Shown in pieces: positions 36,354-46,449 of a DNA stretch of 64,000 bases. The translations under genes were made by a program, and so were the position numbers. The stretch is from an uncultured Candidatus Saccharibacteria bacterium (GTDB lineage: Bacteria; Patescibacteriota; Minisyncoccia; Phycocordibacterales; DATGWK01), in contig CAZBJL010000001.1 of the NCBI GenBank assembly GCA_964492195.1, positions 79,082 to 143,081 on the forward strand. Reading direction: 5' to 3'. Below the pieces are notes generated by a model. It had not been told where the DNA came from. It saw only the letters and a list, made by a program, of their open reading frames with translations, and ran no database searches. Within the stretch, counting starts at the first letter, position 1. Each line of letters begins with the position of its first letter.

Positions 36354-37364
36354 ATGTCTTATTACTATAACGATTCGATTTTCTGGGTTGATGTCGACAA
36401 AATAAAACCAAACCCATTCCAGCCGCGCAAAGAATTCGACCAAGCACAGCTCGAAAGTCTCGCAGATTCTATAAAACAATACGGCGTTTTGCAGGCGCTC
36501 GTGGTAACGCGTAAGGAGTTTGAAAAGGAAGACGGTGGCCTCGGTGTCGAGTACGAACTCATTGCGGGGGAACGTCGCCTCCGTGCGTCCAAGCTCGCAG
36601 GTTTGAGTCAGTTGCCTGTGCTCATCAAGACTGGCAATGAAACCGACCAGATGAAGCTTGAGCTCGCAATTATCGAGAACATTCAGCGAGAAGATTTGAG
36701 TCCAATCGATCGCGCTCGAGCTTTCGAAAAATTGGCAAATGAATTTAGATTCAAACATGCAGAAATTGCACGAAAGGTTGGTAAGAGTCGCGAATATGTT
36801 TCAAACACTATTCGAATTCTCACATTGCCCGCAGAAATTTTAGATGCACTTGCGAAAGGACAAATTTCCGAAGGTCATACACGACCGATGCTCATGTTGG
36901 GCGACCGGCCAGAAGAACAGCGAACGCTTTTCAAAGAAATTTTGTTAAAAAAATTAACTGTCCGCGAAGCTGAAGCAATTTCTCGCAAAGTCGCATACGA
37001 CAAAGTTCGCAATCGCGTCTACATCCAAGATCCAGAAATTGTTGAACTCGAGGCGAAAATCAGTGCCTCACTTGGTACACGTGTTTCTATTGAGAAAAAA
37101 GATAACGGCGGCAAACTTACAATCGATTTCTTTTCTGCAGATGATTTGCACACGATTCTCGACCTCATAAAATCAAATCAAAAATATAATCCGGACGTGA
37201 TGCTCGACAATCATGTTTCTAAAAAGAGTGGGGAAGCGAAAGTGGAAAATACAGAAACTTCGCTCCCAGATGTATCACCAGAATTTGTTGACGATCGAAC
37301 TCCAGAACAAAAACAAAAAGAAGATAATGAGGAATTGTATTCAGTGACAAACTTTTCTTTGTAA
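36354..37364 (+). CDS. parB: ParB/Spo0J-like partition protein
   Basis: ParB box LIAGERRLRAS, HTH region, K/E-rich C-terminal tail. No parA adjacent. Confidence 0.85.
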   Translation: MSYYYNDSIFWVDVDKIKPNPFQPRKEFDQAQLESLADSIKQYGVLQALVVTRKEFEKEDGGLGVEYELIAGERRLRASKLAGLSQLPVLIKTGNETDQMKLELAIIENIQREDLSPIDRARAFEKLANEFRFKHAEIARKVGKSREYVSNTIRILTLPAEILDALAKGQISEGHTRPMLMLGDRPEEQRTLFKEILLKKLTVREAEAISRKVAYDKVRNRVYIQDPEIVELEAKISASLGTRVSIEKKDNGGKLTIDFFSADDLHTILDLIKSNQKYNPDVMLDNHVSKKSGEAKVENTETSLPDVSPEFVDDRTPEQKQKEDNEELYSVTNFSL

Positions 37365-37390
37365 TAAAAAACGCCACGATGTGTGGCGTT
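37362..37390 (-). terminator. rho-independent terminator for the minus-strand two-gene cassette
   Basis: aacgccacgatgtgtggcgtt hairpin, followed on the minus strand by TTTTTTATTAC. Confidence 0.6.
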
Positions 37391-37406
37391 GTGAGGTAAT
37401 CCTCTG

Positions 37407-37493
37407 TTTATAACCGTGCCAGGATGAGCAGGATCAGAAAGACAAAGATGCTGATTTCTACAAAGGTGAGTGGGCGACGCGCCCGGGCAGACA
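37407..37493 (-). CDS. unannotated 28 aa hydrophobic peptide (MSARARRPLTFVEISIFVFLILLILARL)
   Basis: GGAGAGAGGAG SD 8 nt upstream of ATG. Basic N-terminus plus single TM. Terminator immediately downstream. Below the ORF-track size cut-off. Confidence 0.4.
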
Positions 37494-37520
37494 TACCTGT
37501 GCTCCTCTCTCCGATGTTGT

Positions 37521-37829
37521 TCAGAAGAACCCTGAAATGAATGGAAGATCACGAGCTTCAGTCGCTTCCCTCGTCTCAATGACCTTGTGGGTGAAGTTGA
37601 CGTGGCCCGTGATCTCTTCGATCAAACCCCTTTCAACCTCGCCCTTGAGAAGCAAGACTGCGGGGAATGCCACATGGCCCGAGACAGCAAACTCATCTCT
37701 TTCCCTCGCTTCTCTGAATGCGTTTTCGAGCCTGGTTCGTGCCTCGGTTTCCCACATTCCGGTCAGGGTGATGATCACCGTGACGAAGATTGTCTCACTT
37801 GCAATTGTTCCGCCGGTACTATTTTTCAA
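37521..37829 (-). CDS. hypothetical protein, possibly Asp23/Gls24 (DUF322)-like
   Basis: TTG start with AAGGAGGAG SD. GTIASETIFVTVIITLTG and GLIEEITGHVNFTHKV weakly resemble Asp23 N- and C-terminal blocks. Visibly GC-richer than neighbours. Confidence 0.4.
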   Translation of the reverse strand: MKNSTGGTIASETIFVTVIITLTGMWETEARTRLENAFREARERDEFAVSGHVAFPAVLLLKGEVERGLIEEITGHVNFTHKVIETREATEARDLPFISGFF

Positions 37830-37918
37830 TGTGTCTCCTCCTTGGGTTATAAGGTGCTGATGTGAAAGTCCGAATAGACGATAACATTTTTCACCATTTA
37901 GTCAAATCAACGCCAAAT

Positions 37919-40114
37919 TTATTTGCCGAGTTTGTGAGGGTTGTGATTGGGACAGGTTTTGTCACTGCAGCGTTCAGGAATTGTTTTTGTTCCTTCCATC
38001 ATGAGGTGTCCGCATGGACCATTTTCGCGCATGTATGAACAGAAGTTGCCAGTTGGTTTTGCTTTGATTGCTTCTTTGCATTTTGGATAATTGCTGCAGC
38101 TATAGAAAAGTCCGAAGCGTCCGCGTCGTTCTACCATTTCACCGGTTTTGCAGGTTGGGCAGGTTACACCTGTGCCGTTTTGATTATTCTCGCCTTGTTT
38201 TACGAATTTACATTTTGGATAGTTGCTGCAGGCAACAAAGCGGCCGAATTTTCCGTCACGTTCGAGGAGTTTGCCATCTTTGCAGTCAGGGCAGAGTTCG
38301 CCGGTTTCTTTCGGACCTTCGAGTTCTGTGCCGTCAATTTTGCGCGCACCGATACAGTCTGGGAATTTTTCACAGCTCAAAAACTTTCCAGAACGGCCAA
38401 GTTTGATGATCATGTTTGCACCACAAACAGGGCATTTGAATTTCGGATCAGCCTGACCCAAGTTTGTGAGTTTTTCAATTTTGTCTTTTGACTTAACGTC
38501 TTTGAGAAATGGTTTGTAGAAATCTTTAAGAGTTTTTTCATATTCAAGTCGGCCGCCGGCGATTTCGTCGAGTTTGTCTTCCATTTCTGCTGTGAAAGAA
38601 TCGCTGATGTAGTCGGTAAAATTTTGTTCGAGGAATGTACTCACAACTTCGCCTGTGTCTGTTGGGACAAGGGACCGAGCAACTTTTTCTACATAGCCGC
38701 GATCTTCGATTGTTTTGATAATCGATGCGTATGTTGATGGTCGGCCGATACCTCGCTTCTCGAGTTCTTTAATGAGACCAGCTTCGGAATATCGATCGGG
38801 TGGAGTGGTGTATTTTTGTTCTGAATCAATAGAAAGGAGATTCAACGGATCACTTACTTTTACCGGCGGTAAAATCATATCTTCCTTTTGTGCTTCAGGG
38901 TCAGCCATGAGCCAGCCTGGGGAAACAACTCGAGAACCGTTGGATTCAAAATCGGGCACTGTTTCGTCTGCGACTCGAGCAGTGATTTTGGTACGAAGCA
39001 TCTGGGCATCAGCCATTTGAGATGCAATCGTTCGGCGCCAAATGAGTCGGTACAATTTTTTCTGTTCGTCGGTGACGCCTAATACTTCTGCGCTTAGATT
39101 CGTCGGGCGGATTGCCTCGTGAGCTTCTTGGGCATTTTTACTTTTGGTTTTAAACGTTCGAACAGCAACCAAATCTTTGCCGTATTTTTTCTCAATGACA
39201 GAAGTAGCTTGGGCAACAGCAATGGCACTGAGGTTCGTGCTGTCTGTTCGCATGTATGTAATGTGGCCGGCTTCGTAGAGACGCTGGGCGGTGGACATGG
39301 TGCGCGACGGAGCAAAGCCGAGCTGTGAGCTCGCTGCTTGCTGGAGCGTTGAAGTAATGAATGGGGGACGAGGAGAACGTTTGACGGCAGTTTCTTTTAC
39401 GTCGGTAACTTTCCAGTCACCTTTTTTAGCTTTCTTGATGATTTCTTCTACAGACGTACCGTTGTTTGGTTGTTCGGAGCATGTAAAAGTAATCGGTTCT
39501 TTTTTCCCAGTTTCCGTTTGTGCTGTGATGATCCAATATTCAACAGGAATAAATGCGCGGATTTCTCGTTCGCGTTCCATGATGATGCGAAGTGCAGGGG
39601 ACTGGACTCGGCCTGCAGAAAGTCCGTAGCGAACTTTTTTCCAAATCAGGCCAGAGAGGTCGTATCCAACGAGACGGTCGAGAACTCGGCGAGCCTCCTG
39701 CGCTTGGCGGAGATTTTGGTCGATCATGCGCGGATGTTTGAGCGCCTCAATAACTGCATCTTTCGTAATTTCATGAAAAACGACGCGCTTTGGTTTTTTA
39801 AGGCCGACAGCTTGGGCAATGTGCCAGGCAATGGCTTCGCCTTCTCGGTCGGGGTCGGTTGCGAGGAGGACTTCGTCAGCTTTTTTTGAAAGGCGGGAAA
39901 TTTCACTTACCACGCTTTCTTTACCCTTGGTGATTTCGTAATGAGGAATAAAACCACCTTCGATGTCGATGGCTTTTTTATTATTTTTTGGCAGGTCGCG
40001 CACATGGCCGACAGATGCAACAACTTCATAATGACTGCGGTCGCCAGGAATATCTTTCAGATATTTTGAAATTGTTTTTGCTTTTGCAGGTGACTCGACA
40101 ACTAATAGCTTCAT
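37919..40114 (-). CDS. topA: DNA topoisomerase I with C-terminal zinc-ribbon repeats
   Basis: Toprim DPDREGE motif, active-site Tyr region, four C4 zinc ribbons at the C-terminus. Confidence 0.92.
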   Translation of the reverse strand: MKLLVVESPAKAKTISKYLKDIPGDRSHYEVVASVGHVRDLPKNNKKAIDIEGGFIPHYEITKGKESVVSEISRLSKKADEVLLATDPDREGEAIAWHIAQAVGLKKPKRVVFHEITKDAVIEALKHPRMIDQNLRQAQEARRVLDRLVGYDLSGLIWKKVRYGLSAGRVQSPALRIIMEREREIRAFIPVEYWIITAQTETGKKEPITFTCSEQPNNGTSVEEIIKKAKKGDWKVTDVKETAVKRSPRPPFITSTLQQAASSQLGFAPSRTMSTAQRLYEAGHITYMRTDSTNLSAIAVAQATSVIEKKYGKDLVAVRTFKTKSKNAQEAHEAIRPTNLSAEVLGVTDEQKKLYRLIWRRTIASQMADAQMLRTKITARVADETVPDFESNGSRVVSPGWLMADPEAQKEDMILPPVKVSDPLNLLSIDSEQKYTTPPDRYSEAGLIKELEKRGIGRPSTYASIIKTIEDRGYVEKVARSLVPTDTGEVVSTFLEQNFTDYISDSFTAEMEDKLDEIAGGRLEYEKTLKDFYKPFLKDVKSKDKIEKLTNLGQADPKFKCPVCGANMIIKLGRSGKFLSCEKFPDCIGARKIDGTELEGPKETGELCPDCKDGKLLERDGKFGRFVACSNYPKCKFVKQGENNQNGTGVTCPTCKTGEMVERRGRFGLFYSCSNYPKCKEAIKAKPTGNFCSYMRENGPCGHLMMEGTKTIPERCSDKTCPNHNPHKLGK

Positions 40115-40415
40115 GTGGCTAAGTAATACTACAGATATTTTTTTTGTGCAAATGGTGCTTCACCAAACCCCTCCAGCGTACACCCCGCTCCGATCCACGA
40201 AAATTACAGTCGTCTTGTACGAGGGAGTTGCGAACTCCTCGTGTGTACACTCGTCAAACAACGCAACTCCCTTTCTCAAAAGACTTCTTAATTTTCTGTG
40301 TCTCTCTGCGAAACGCTTTCGGGTTTTGATGGGGAAATAAGAATGCAATTCATACAGAAGAAAACACCCAACTTCGTGGTTGAGAGAGAAAATTCATTAG
40401 ACGACACAAGATAAC

Positions 40416-41228
40416 TCACTTTTGCCGTAACTCTCCACCAGACTCTTCAATAAAACCTTTCATTTCCAGAAGGGAGAGAGCGACGCTGATGTCGCTTACA
40501 TTTCCGGGCAGGATTCGAAGAAGTTCTGTTCGGGGCAAGGGTTCGGTGAGTGTTTTGTAAATTTTTCTTTCTAACTCTGTGCAATTTTCAAGTACGCCTT
40601 TTTCTTTATTACGTGTAGTCGTGTGGAGTTTAAGGGTGAGAATAATGTCCTCTGAACAGGTGATCGGTGTTGCACCGTTTGAAATGAGCATATGCGGCCC
40701 ATAGGATTGATTTGAAAAAATTGAACCAGGCACCGCAAAGACGTCTCGGTTGTAATCGAGCGCAAGTCGAGCAGTAATGAGCGTGCCGGACTTCGGTGAG
40801 GCCTCTATTATAAGAGTGGCATGACAGAGCCCAGCCATGATTCTGTTTCGTTCCGGAAAATTATAATTCCAGGGCTTGTGCTGTGGCGGCATTTCAGAAA
40901 TAATCGCGCCTCCTGCCGCCAAAATTTCTTTTGCCAAATGTATATGCTGTTTCGGGTATATCGTGTCCCACTCAAGACCAGAACCGAGCACAGCAATCGT
41001 TGTGAGTCCCGCTTTGAGCGCTGCTTCGTGGGCACTGCCGTCAATGCCGAGCGCTAACCCCGATACAATAACAATGTCAGTTCCAGCTAACCCAGAAATT
41101 AATTTCTGACATGCGTCCTGTCCATACTGGCTTGCACGGCGTGAACCTACAACACACAGATGTGGACGTTTTTGGTCGGGCAGTATGCCGCGAATAAAAA
41201 GCTTCCTCGGCGGTTGAGGAATTTCCAT
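40416..41228 (-). CDS. dprA: DNA processing protein DprA (Smf)
   Basis: Rossmann-like LCVVGSRRASQYG...VSGLALGIDGSAHEAAL signature. Confidence 0.85.
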   Translation of the reverse strand: MEIPQPPRKLFIRGILPDQKRPHLCVVGSRRASQYGQDACQKLISGLAGTDIVIVSGLALGIDGSAHEAALKAGLTTIAVLGSGLEWDTIYPKQHIHLAKEILAAGGAIISEMPPQHKPWNYNFPERNRIMAGLCHATLIIEASPKSGTLITARLALDYNRDVFAVPGSIFSNQSYGPHMLISNGATPITCSEDIILTLKLHTTTRNKEKGVLENCTELERKIYKTLTEPLPRTELLRILPGNVSDISVALSLLEMKGFIEESGGELRQK

Positions 41229-41300
41229 GAGTCGTGCGGGAAGGTTCCCCGCACAAATCTCGGTAATAGCGTTTTGTTCCGAATCTTGTATAATTTCGTC

Positions 41301-42569
41301 ATGTTAGACATCAAATTCATAAGAGAAAATCAAGAATTAATAAAATCTGCTGCTAAAAAGAAGCATATTGAATTTGATGTTGAAAAACTTATTGCTGTTG
41401 ACGATGTTCGTCGCAAACACCTCTCATCTATAGAGACCCTCCGTACGGAGCAGAATCAAGCAAGTGAAAAAATTGCCCAGGCAAGTCCTGAAGACCGCAA
41501 AACGCTCATCGATGCAATGAAGAGCGTAAAAGATTCTCTCGAAAAAGAAGAGATCGCATTTAAAGATGTCATGCATGAATGGCAGCTTCTCATGGTTGCT
41601 GTTCCAAACCTTCCCGACATGTCAGTACCTGAAGGTGCGAGTGACAAAGAAAATCAGGAAGTCCGAGTCTGGGGCGAAAAGCCTGCGTTTGGTTTTCAGC
41701 CAAAAGGCCATATTGAAATTCTCGAAGCGCTCGACATGATCGATCTCGACCGTGGTGCAAAGGTGGCTGGCTTCCGTGGTTATTTTCTTAAAGGCGATGC
41801 AGTTGTTTTGATGTTCGCGTTGTGGCAATTCGTGATGAAGGAATTAGTTGCAAAAGGGTATATGCCGATGTCCGTGCCGTCACTTTTGAAAAAAGCTCCA
41901 TTTATTGGTACCGGATATTTGCCGCAAGGTGAAGAAGATTTGTACCGCACCCAAGATACCGATTACCTTGCCGGTACTGCCGAAGTTGCGACAATGGCCT
42001 ACTTTATGGACGAGACAATTGATCTTAAAAATTTGCCGATGAAGTTTATTTCTTTTTCTCCGTGTTTCAGAAGGGAAGCAGGAAGTCATGGAAAAGATAC
42101 GAAAGGTTTGATCCGCGTCCATGAATTTATGAAGCTCGAACAAGTTGTGCTCTGTGAAGCTAACCACGAAGAATCCGTAAAGCTTCACGAAGAAGTAACT
42201 GCGAATGCCGAAGACATTATGAAAAAACTCGGCCTCATGCACCGTGTGGTTGTGAACTGTGGTGGAGACTTAGGTCTCGGACAAGTTAAAAAATACGACA
42301 TTGAAGCATGGGTTCCTGCCGAAAATGCATACCGCGAAACTCACTCTGCTTCTTATTTCCACGATTTTCAAACACGACGTTTAAACATCCGCTACCGCGA
42401 TGGCGACAAATTAAAGTTCGCTCATTCTCTCAACAACACCGCAATCGCTTCGCCTCGCATTCTCGTTCCGATTATTGAACAATTCCAACAAGAAGATGGT
42501 TCTGTCTTAATTCCTGAAGTCTTGCAGCCTTACATGAACGGCATCACAAAGCTCTCTAAGCGTACATAA
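41301..42569 (+). CDS. serS: seryl-tRNA synthetase
   Basis: N-terminal coiled-coil arm. Class II motifs (FRREAGSHGKDTKGLIRVHEF; GLGQ...). Start at MLDIKFIREN. TATAAT lies 6 nt upstream of the ATG. Confidence 0.92.
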   Translation: MLDIKFIRENQELIKSAAKKKHIEFDVEKLIAVDDVRRKHLSSIETLRTEQNQASEKIAQASPEDRKTLIDAMKSVKDSLEKEEIAFKDVMHEWQLLMVAVPNLPDMSVPEGASDKENQEVRVWGEKPAFGFQPKGHIEILEALDMIDLDRGAKVAGFRGYFLKGDAVVLMFALWQFVMKELVAKGYMPMSVPSLLKKAPFIGTGYLPQGEEDLYRTQDTDYLAGTAEVATMAYFMDETIDLKNLPMKFISFSPCFRREAGSHGKDTKGLIRVHEFMKLEQVVLCEANHEESVKLHEEVTANAEDIMKKLGLMHRVVVNCGGDLGLGQVKKYDIEAWVPAENAYRETHSASYFHDFQTRRLNIRYRDGDKLKFAHSLNNTAIASPRILVPIIEQFQQEDGSVLIPEVLQPYMNGITKLSKRT

Positions 42570-42572
42570 TAT

Positions 42573-43400
42573 ATGAGTCGGCGAGGGTCATCACTTGTTT
42601 CAAAGCGCCTTAAAAGCACGAAAGGTAAAAAAAAGAATGCTCATCTGTACTTGTACGGCACCGTTGTGGGTTCTGTTCTCGTAATTATATTTGGAATTAT
42701 TTTTCTTGCGCGGTCACATGCGGTGCGAGTGCAAACGGTTGTTATTTCTGGAAATGAAATTGTTAAAAAAGAAGAGATAGAAAAAATTGTCACTGAGGCA
42801 CGTGGAGAAAGATTTCTCTGGATCATTCCGAAAGATGACATTATTCTTTTTCCGCGCGAAGACGTAACGAAAAAAATTCTCGAACAATATCCAACGATCG
42901 CTAATGCCTCTGTTTCTTTTTCTGGCCTCCACACGCTTGCAGTTGTTGTAAGAGAATATAAACCACGGTATTTGTGGTGTGATTCTGTGAAGCGGGAAAA
43001 ATGCTATTTCATGGATGACCGCGGATATATTTTTACGGAAGCAGCAGGATTTTCTGAAGGGGTACTTTTTACATACTACGGACTCATTGATCCCGCACAG
43101 CCGATTGGGAATATGTATTTACCGCTCCCAATGTTTACCGAGCTTAATAAATTTGCAGAAAGTTTGAAGTTGCTCAAAGTTACACCTGTTGGGCTTAACG
43201 TTCTCGGTCAGGATGATTTCGAACTCCACCTTTCTACTGGCAGCACGATCCTTTTTTCAAACCGCGAAGATTTTCTACAGACATTCGCGAATCTCGAAAC
43301 AATCATTGCAGAACAAACTCGGCTTAATAAAAACTTTTTGGCAGAGCTCGACTACATCGATGTTCGGTTTACAAGTAAAGCATTTGTAAAACTTAAGTAG
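42573..43400 (+). CDS. ftsQ: FtsQ/DivIB-like cell division protein (POTRA domain)
   Basis: Basic N-terminus, single TM, POTRA-like IVISGNEIVKKEEIEKIV and beta-rich C-terminal domain. Confidence 0.55.
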   Translation: MSRRGSSLVSKRLKSTKGKKKNAHLYLYGTVVGSVLVIIFGIIFLARSHAVRVQTVVISGNEIVKKEEIEKIVTEARGERFLWIIPKDDIILFPREDVTKKILEQYPTIANASVSFSGLHTLAVVVREYKPRYLWCDSVKREKCYFMDDRGYIFTEAAGFSEGVLFTYYGLIDPAQPIGNMYLPLPMFTELNKFAESLKLLKVTPVGLNVLGQDDFELHLSTGSTILFSNREDFLQTFANLETIIAEQTRLNKNFLAELDYIDVRFTSKAFVKLK

Positions 43401-43412
43401 TATAATTAACAC

Positions 43413-43802
43413 ATGCAAATTGTTCTTGTTATACCCGAGTATATCGTGTGGCATTACTCGCGGGCGCTCCGGCTTACTCTGAACATCATCACGAACTTCA
43501 TCTGGTTTACATACCATTTCTTCTCAATCCCGATTCTCGTTAAAACGTTTTTATCGCCCTGGCATGTTGCGCCGCCGGTTACTCGACCTGGCTTTCATCC
43601 GATTTTAGTGACCGAAGATTTATTTCTTCCAGCACTCATGCGAATCTGTGGGCCGATAATTCGTGCAGTCGTTATTGTGTTCGGCCTTACGCTCTGTGTT
43701 TTTTTGAGCATCTTTGGTCTCGCATTGTTTCTCATTTGGCTTTCTCTTCCTTTGGTTGCGATCGCGTTGTTTATTGAAGCAATATATCTTTTGATCTCAT
43801 GA
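43413..43802 (+). CDS. hypothetical membrane protein
   Basis: 129 aa, three or more TM helices. 4 nt overlap with the next gene. Confidence 0.45.
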   Translation: MQIVLVIPEYIVWHYSRALRLTLNIITNFIWFTYHFFSIPILVKTFLSPWHVAPPVTRPGFHPILVTEDLFLPALMRICGPIIRAVVIVFGLTLCVFLSIFGLALFLIWLSLPLVAIALFIEAIYLLIS

Positions 43803-45265
43803 CGTTCTCTGAAATTAAAAAAAATGAAGGTCGAATCAGTGGACTCGTCGCTCTCGAAAGGGCGTTGCCGTATGGTTTGCGTTCAAAATCAAAAGAATTT
43901 CTTTTACTTGTCGCACCGTTTGTTATGGTCTTGCTTCTTTCCCTCCAGGATGAACTTGGCTTGTCCATTAATACGCTCTACGCGTTCATGTTTTTTGTCG
44001 TCGACACATGGCTTGTGATTTTTATGCTCGATGTGTTTTATAATTCGCATTATTTCGAGGGTTCTCGTTTTACGATTCCAGAATGGGGAATTGCTCAAAA
44101 AAATCATGCGATTCCTTTTGAAATACTTGAAATTGTTTCGCATACGCATTCTGGCGATCTGACTCGCGGTTTTTTGGAATCCAAAGCCGGCAAAGACATC
44201 ATGTTCCGGCTTAATGTGTCTCCGAAACATGTACAAGAATTTATCCACGGCACTCGAGCGAGCATTTACGCTGATTCCATTACGATTGCTGAACCCGTCG
44301 ACCTCGTATCATATGCATCAGCAGTTTTTTCTGCAGATGCGTCATTTGCTCGTTTTTTGACCAATCAGGATGTAACGCGTGGCGACTATGAAGAAGTTTC
44401 GCAGTGGGTTGCGGCAATATATGAGCGTAAAAAAGAAGCGTTCCGTTGGTGGGGTCGCGATGCGCTTGGTCGCATTCGAAGCATTGGTAAAAATTGGGCT
44501 CGAGGCAAAACAGAAATCCTCGAACGATATGGAGGACTGGTACAGCCCGTAAACAATGAGGCACTTTTTAAAAAAGAAATTGATGACCTCGAAACCGAAC
44601 TCACACAGGATTCCAACTCAAGCGTCTTGCTTGTTGCGAATGAATATCGAAAGCTTGTCGCGGTGACTTCGGGTCTTTCGCATCGAATTCAAGGTGGAAC
44701 AGTGTTGCCCGCAATTGAACACAAAAAACTTTTCTTGCTCGATATGGACATTGTCGCAAGTGCAGCAGTTGTTGAAGGACAATTCGAGTCGCTTGTGATT
44801 CAGCTTTTGAACGAAGCAGTACGAGTTGGAAATGTAATTCTTGTGATTAAGAATTTCCCAACATTTGTCGAAGAATCAAAGAAACATGAAGTTCAGCTTG
44901 TAAAAATTTTAAAGCCGTATCTTGCCGTCTTGCAGATTGTCGCCTTTGCTGAACAAAAGGGTTATACCTCGGTGCTCAAAACTGACGAAGAAATCTTGAG
45001 TATGTTCAAATCTATTTTTGTTGAGAATGAAAAATTGAATATCATTATTCGAGCGCTTGAGGATAAGACATTTGAATTTGAAAGAAGGAGTAAAATGTTT
45101 TATTCATACCAGGCGCTTGTTGCTATTGCCGAAATCGCGAGTCTTAAATTTCCAAACGTTGACGCTGAAACGAAAGCACTCCAAATTTTTGATGCAATTG
45201 GACCAAACATTGTGAAAAAACGAATTGAGAAAATTTTGGTAAAAGACGTACGAAAACTTACATAA
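43799..45265 (+). CDS. hypothetical protein (488 aa), N-terminal membrane anchor
   Basis: Long ORF with coupled start. No motif recognised. Confidence 0.5.
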   Translation: MTFSEIKKNEGRISGLVALERALPYGLRSKSKEFLLLVAPFVMVLLLSLQDELGLSINTLYAFMFFVVDTWLVIFMLDVFYNSHYFEGSRFTIPEWGIAQKNHAIPFEILEIVSHTHSGDLTRGFLESKAGKDIMFRLNVSPKHVQEFIHGTRASIYADSITIAEPVDLVSYASAVFSADASFARFLTNQDVTRGDYEEVSQWVAAIYERKKEAFRWWGRDALGRIRSIGKNWARGKTEILERYGGLVQPVNNEALFKKEIDDLETELTQDSNSSVLLVANEYRKLVAVTSGLSHRIQGGTVLPAIEHKKLFLLDMDIVASAAVVEGQFESLVIQLLNEAVRVGNVILVIKNFPTFVEESKKHEVQLVKILKPYLAVLQIVAFAEQKGYTSVLKTDEEILSMFKSIFVENEKLNIIIRALEDKTFEFERRSKMFYSYQALVAIAEIASLKFPNVDAETKALQIFDAIGPNIVKKRIEKILVKDVRKLT

Positions 45266-45292
45266 ACGACATTCTTCGGCTAGAATGGCGAA

Positions 45293-46267
45293 GTGAAAGA
45301 AAATTTCTGGCAAAAACTACAGAAACCAATACTCGTGTTGGCACCGATGGCGGACGTCACTGATGCTTCTTTTCGACGTGTGATTGCAAAATATGGCAAA
45401 CCGGACGTCATGTGGACGGAGTTTGTATCGGCAGACGGACTCTTCCTTGGCGGCAAAGAAACATTGATGAAAGACTTGCTCTACACCGAAAGTGAGCGGC
45501 CGATTATTGCCCAATTTTTTACTGCACGCCCAGAAATGATGGAAAAGGCAGCTGCGCTCGCGCGAGAACTCGGTTTTGACGGTATCGACATCAACATGGG
45601 CTGTCCTGACCGAAGTATTGAAAAACAGGGTGCTGGAGCGGCTCTCATTAAAAATCCGAAACTCGCACGAGAAATAATTCGTGCAGCAAAAGCGGGAGCA
45701 GGGGATTTGCCTGTTTCTGTAAAAACTCGAATTGGATTTAACACAAACCAACTCGACACCTGGCTTCCAGAACTTTTGGCCGAAGAGCCTGCAGTCATTA
45801 CAGTCCATGCACGAACGAGAAAAGAAATGTCAAAAGTTCCTGCTCGATGGGAAGAAGTAAAAAGAGCGGTAGAAATTAGAAATGGTTTGAATTCCAAAAC
45901 ACTTATTTTTGGTAATGGGGACGCAGTGAGTGTGGAAGATGCAAGAAAAAAAGCTGCAGAAACAGGATGTGACGGGGTGATGCTCGGCCGAGCGATTTTC
46001 GGCAACCCCTGGCTTTTTTCTGGTCGGCAGGCAAGTGACATTTCTCTAAAAGAAAAATTACAGGTATTGATCGAGCATACAAAACTTTTTGAAGAAATAC
46101 TTGGCGGGACCAAAAATTTTGCCATTATGAAAAAGCATTACAAGGCGTACGTACACGGCTGGGAAGGTGCAAAAGAGCTCCGCATGAAACTCATGGATGC
46201 GCCGGACGCACGCACAATAGAACAAATTATTACTGCATATCTTTCGAGCCCGGTTTTTCATATGTAG
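45293..46267 (+). CDS. dus: tRNA-dihydrouridine synthase
   Basis: LAPMADVTD N-terminal motif. Catalytic Cys region GIDINMGCP. Confidence 0.85.
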   Translation: MKENFWQKLQKPILVLAPMADVTDASFRRVIAKYGKPDVMWTEFVSADGLFLGGKETLMKDLLYTESERPIIAQFFTARPEMMEKAAALARELGFDGIDINMGCPDRSIEKQGAGAALIKNPKLAREIIRAAKAGAGDLPVSVKTRIGFNTNQLDTWLPELLAEEPAVITVHARTRKEMSKVPARWEEVKRAVEIRNGLNSKTLIFGNGDAVSVEDARKKAAETGCDGVMLGRAIFGNPWLFSGRQASDISLKEKLQVLIEHTKLFEEILGGTKNFAIMKKHYKAYVHGWEGAKELRMKLMDAPDARTIEQIITAYLSSPVFHM

Positions 46268-46284
46268 GGTGGTGTGTATACGTG

Positions 46285-46392
46285 TTGACAAGGAAGAGAG
46301 ACTTTTCTACTATTCATGTAGACATTTAGTTCCACGACCTCCTTCCGTCGCTAACATACTGCATGAGCAGGTGTTGGCGACGTTTTTTTTAT
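46285..46392 (+). ncRNA. candidate small RNA: TTGACA-17-TACTAT promoter to hairpin+T8 terminator (~75 nt transcript)
   Basis: -35 at 46285-90, -10 at 46308-13. Transcript contains ccacgacctccttccgtcg and nested hairpins (ctgc-atga-gcag within ccgtcgc...gcgacg), then tttttttt. Confidence 0.35.
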
Positions 46393-46449
46393 GCCAAAAA
46401 CATGAACTGTGGGCTGTTACAAGGTGAGTAGATTACACGTACATTTCGC

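Noticed and set aside
37537-37865. Two + strand ORFs (107 and 92 aa)
   Set aside because: Nonsense-like composition. The minus strand has two ORFs with strong SDs and a terminator, which explains the locus better.
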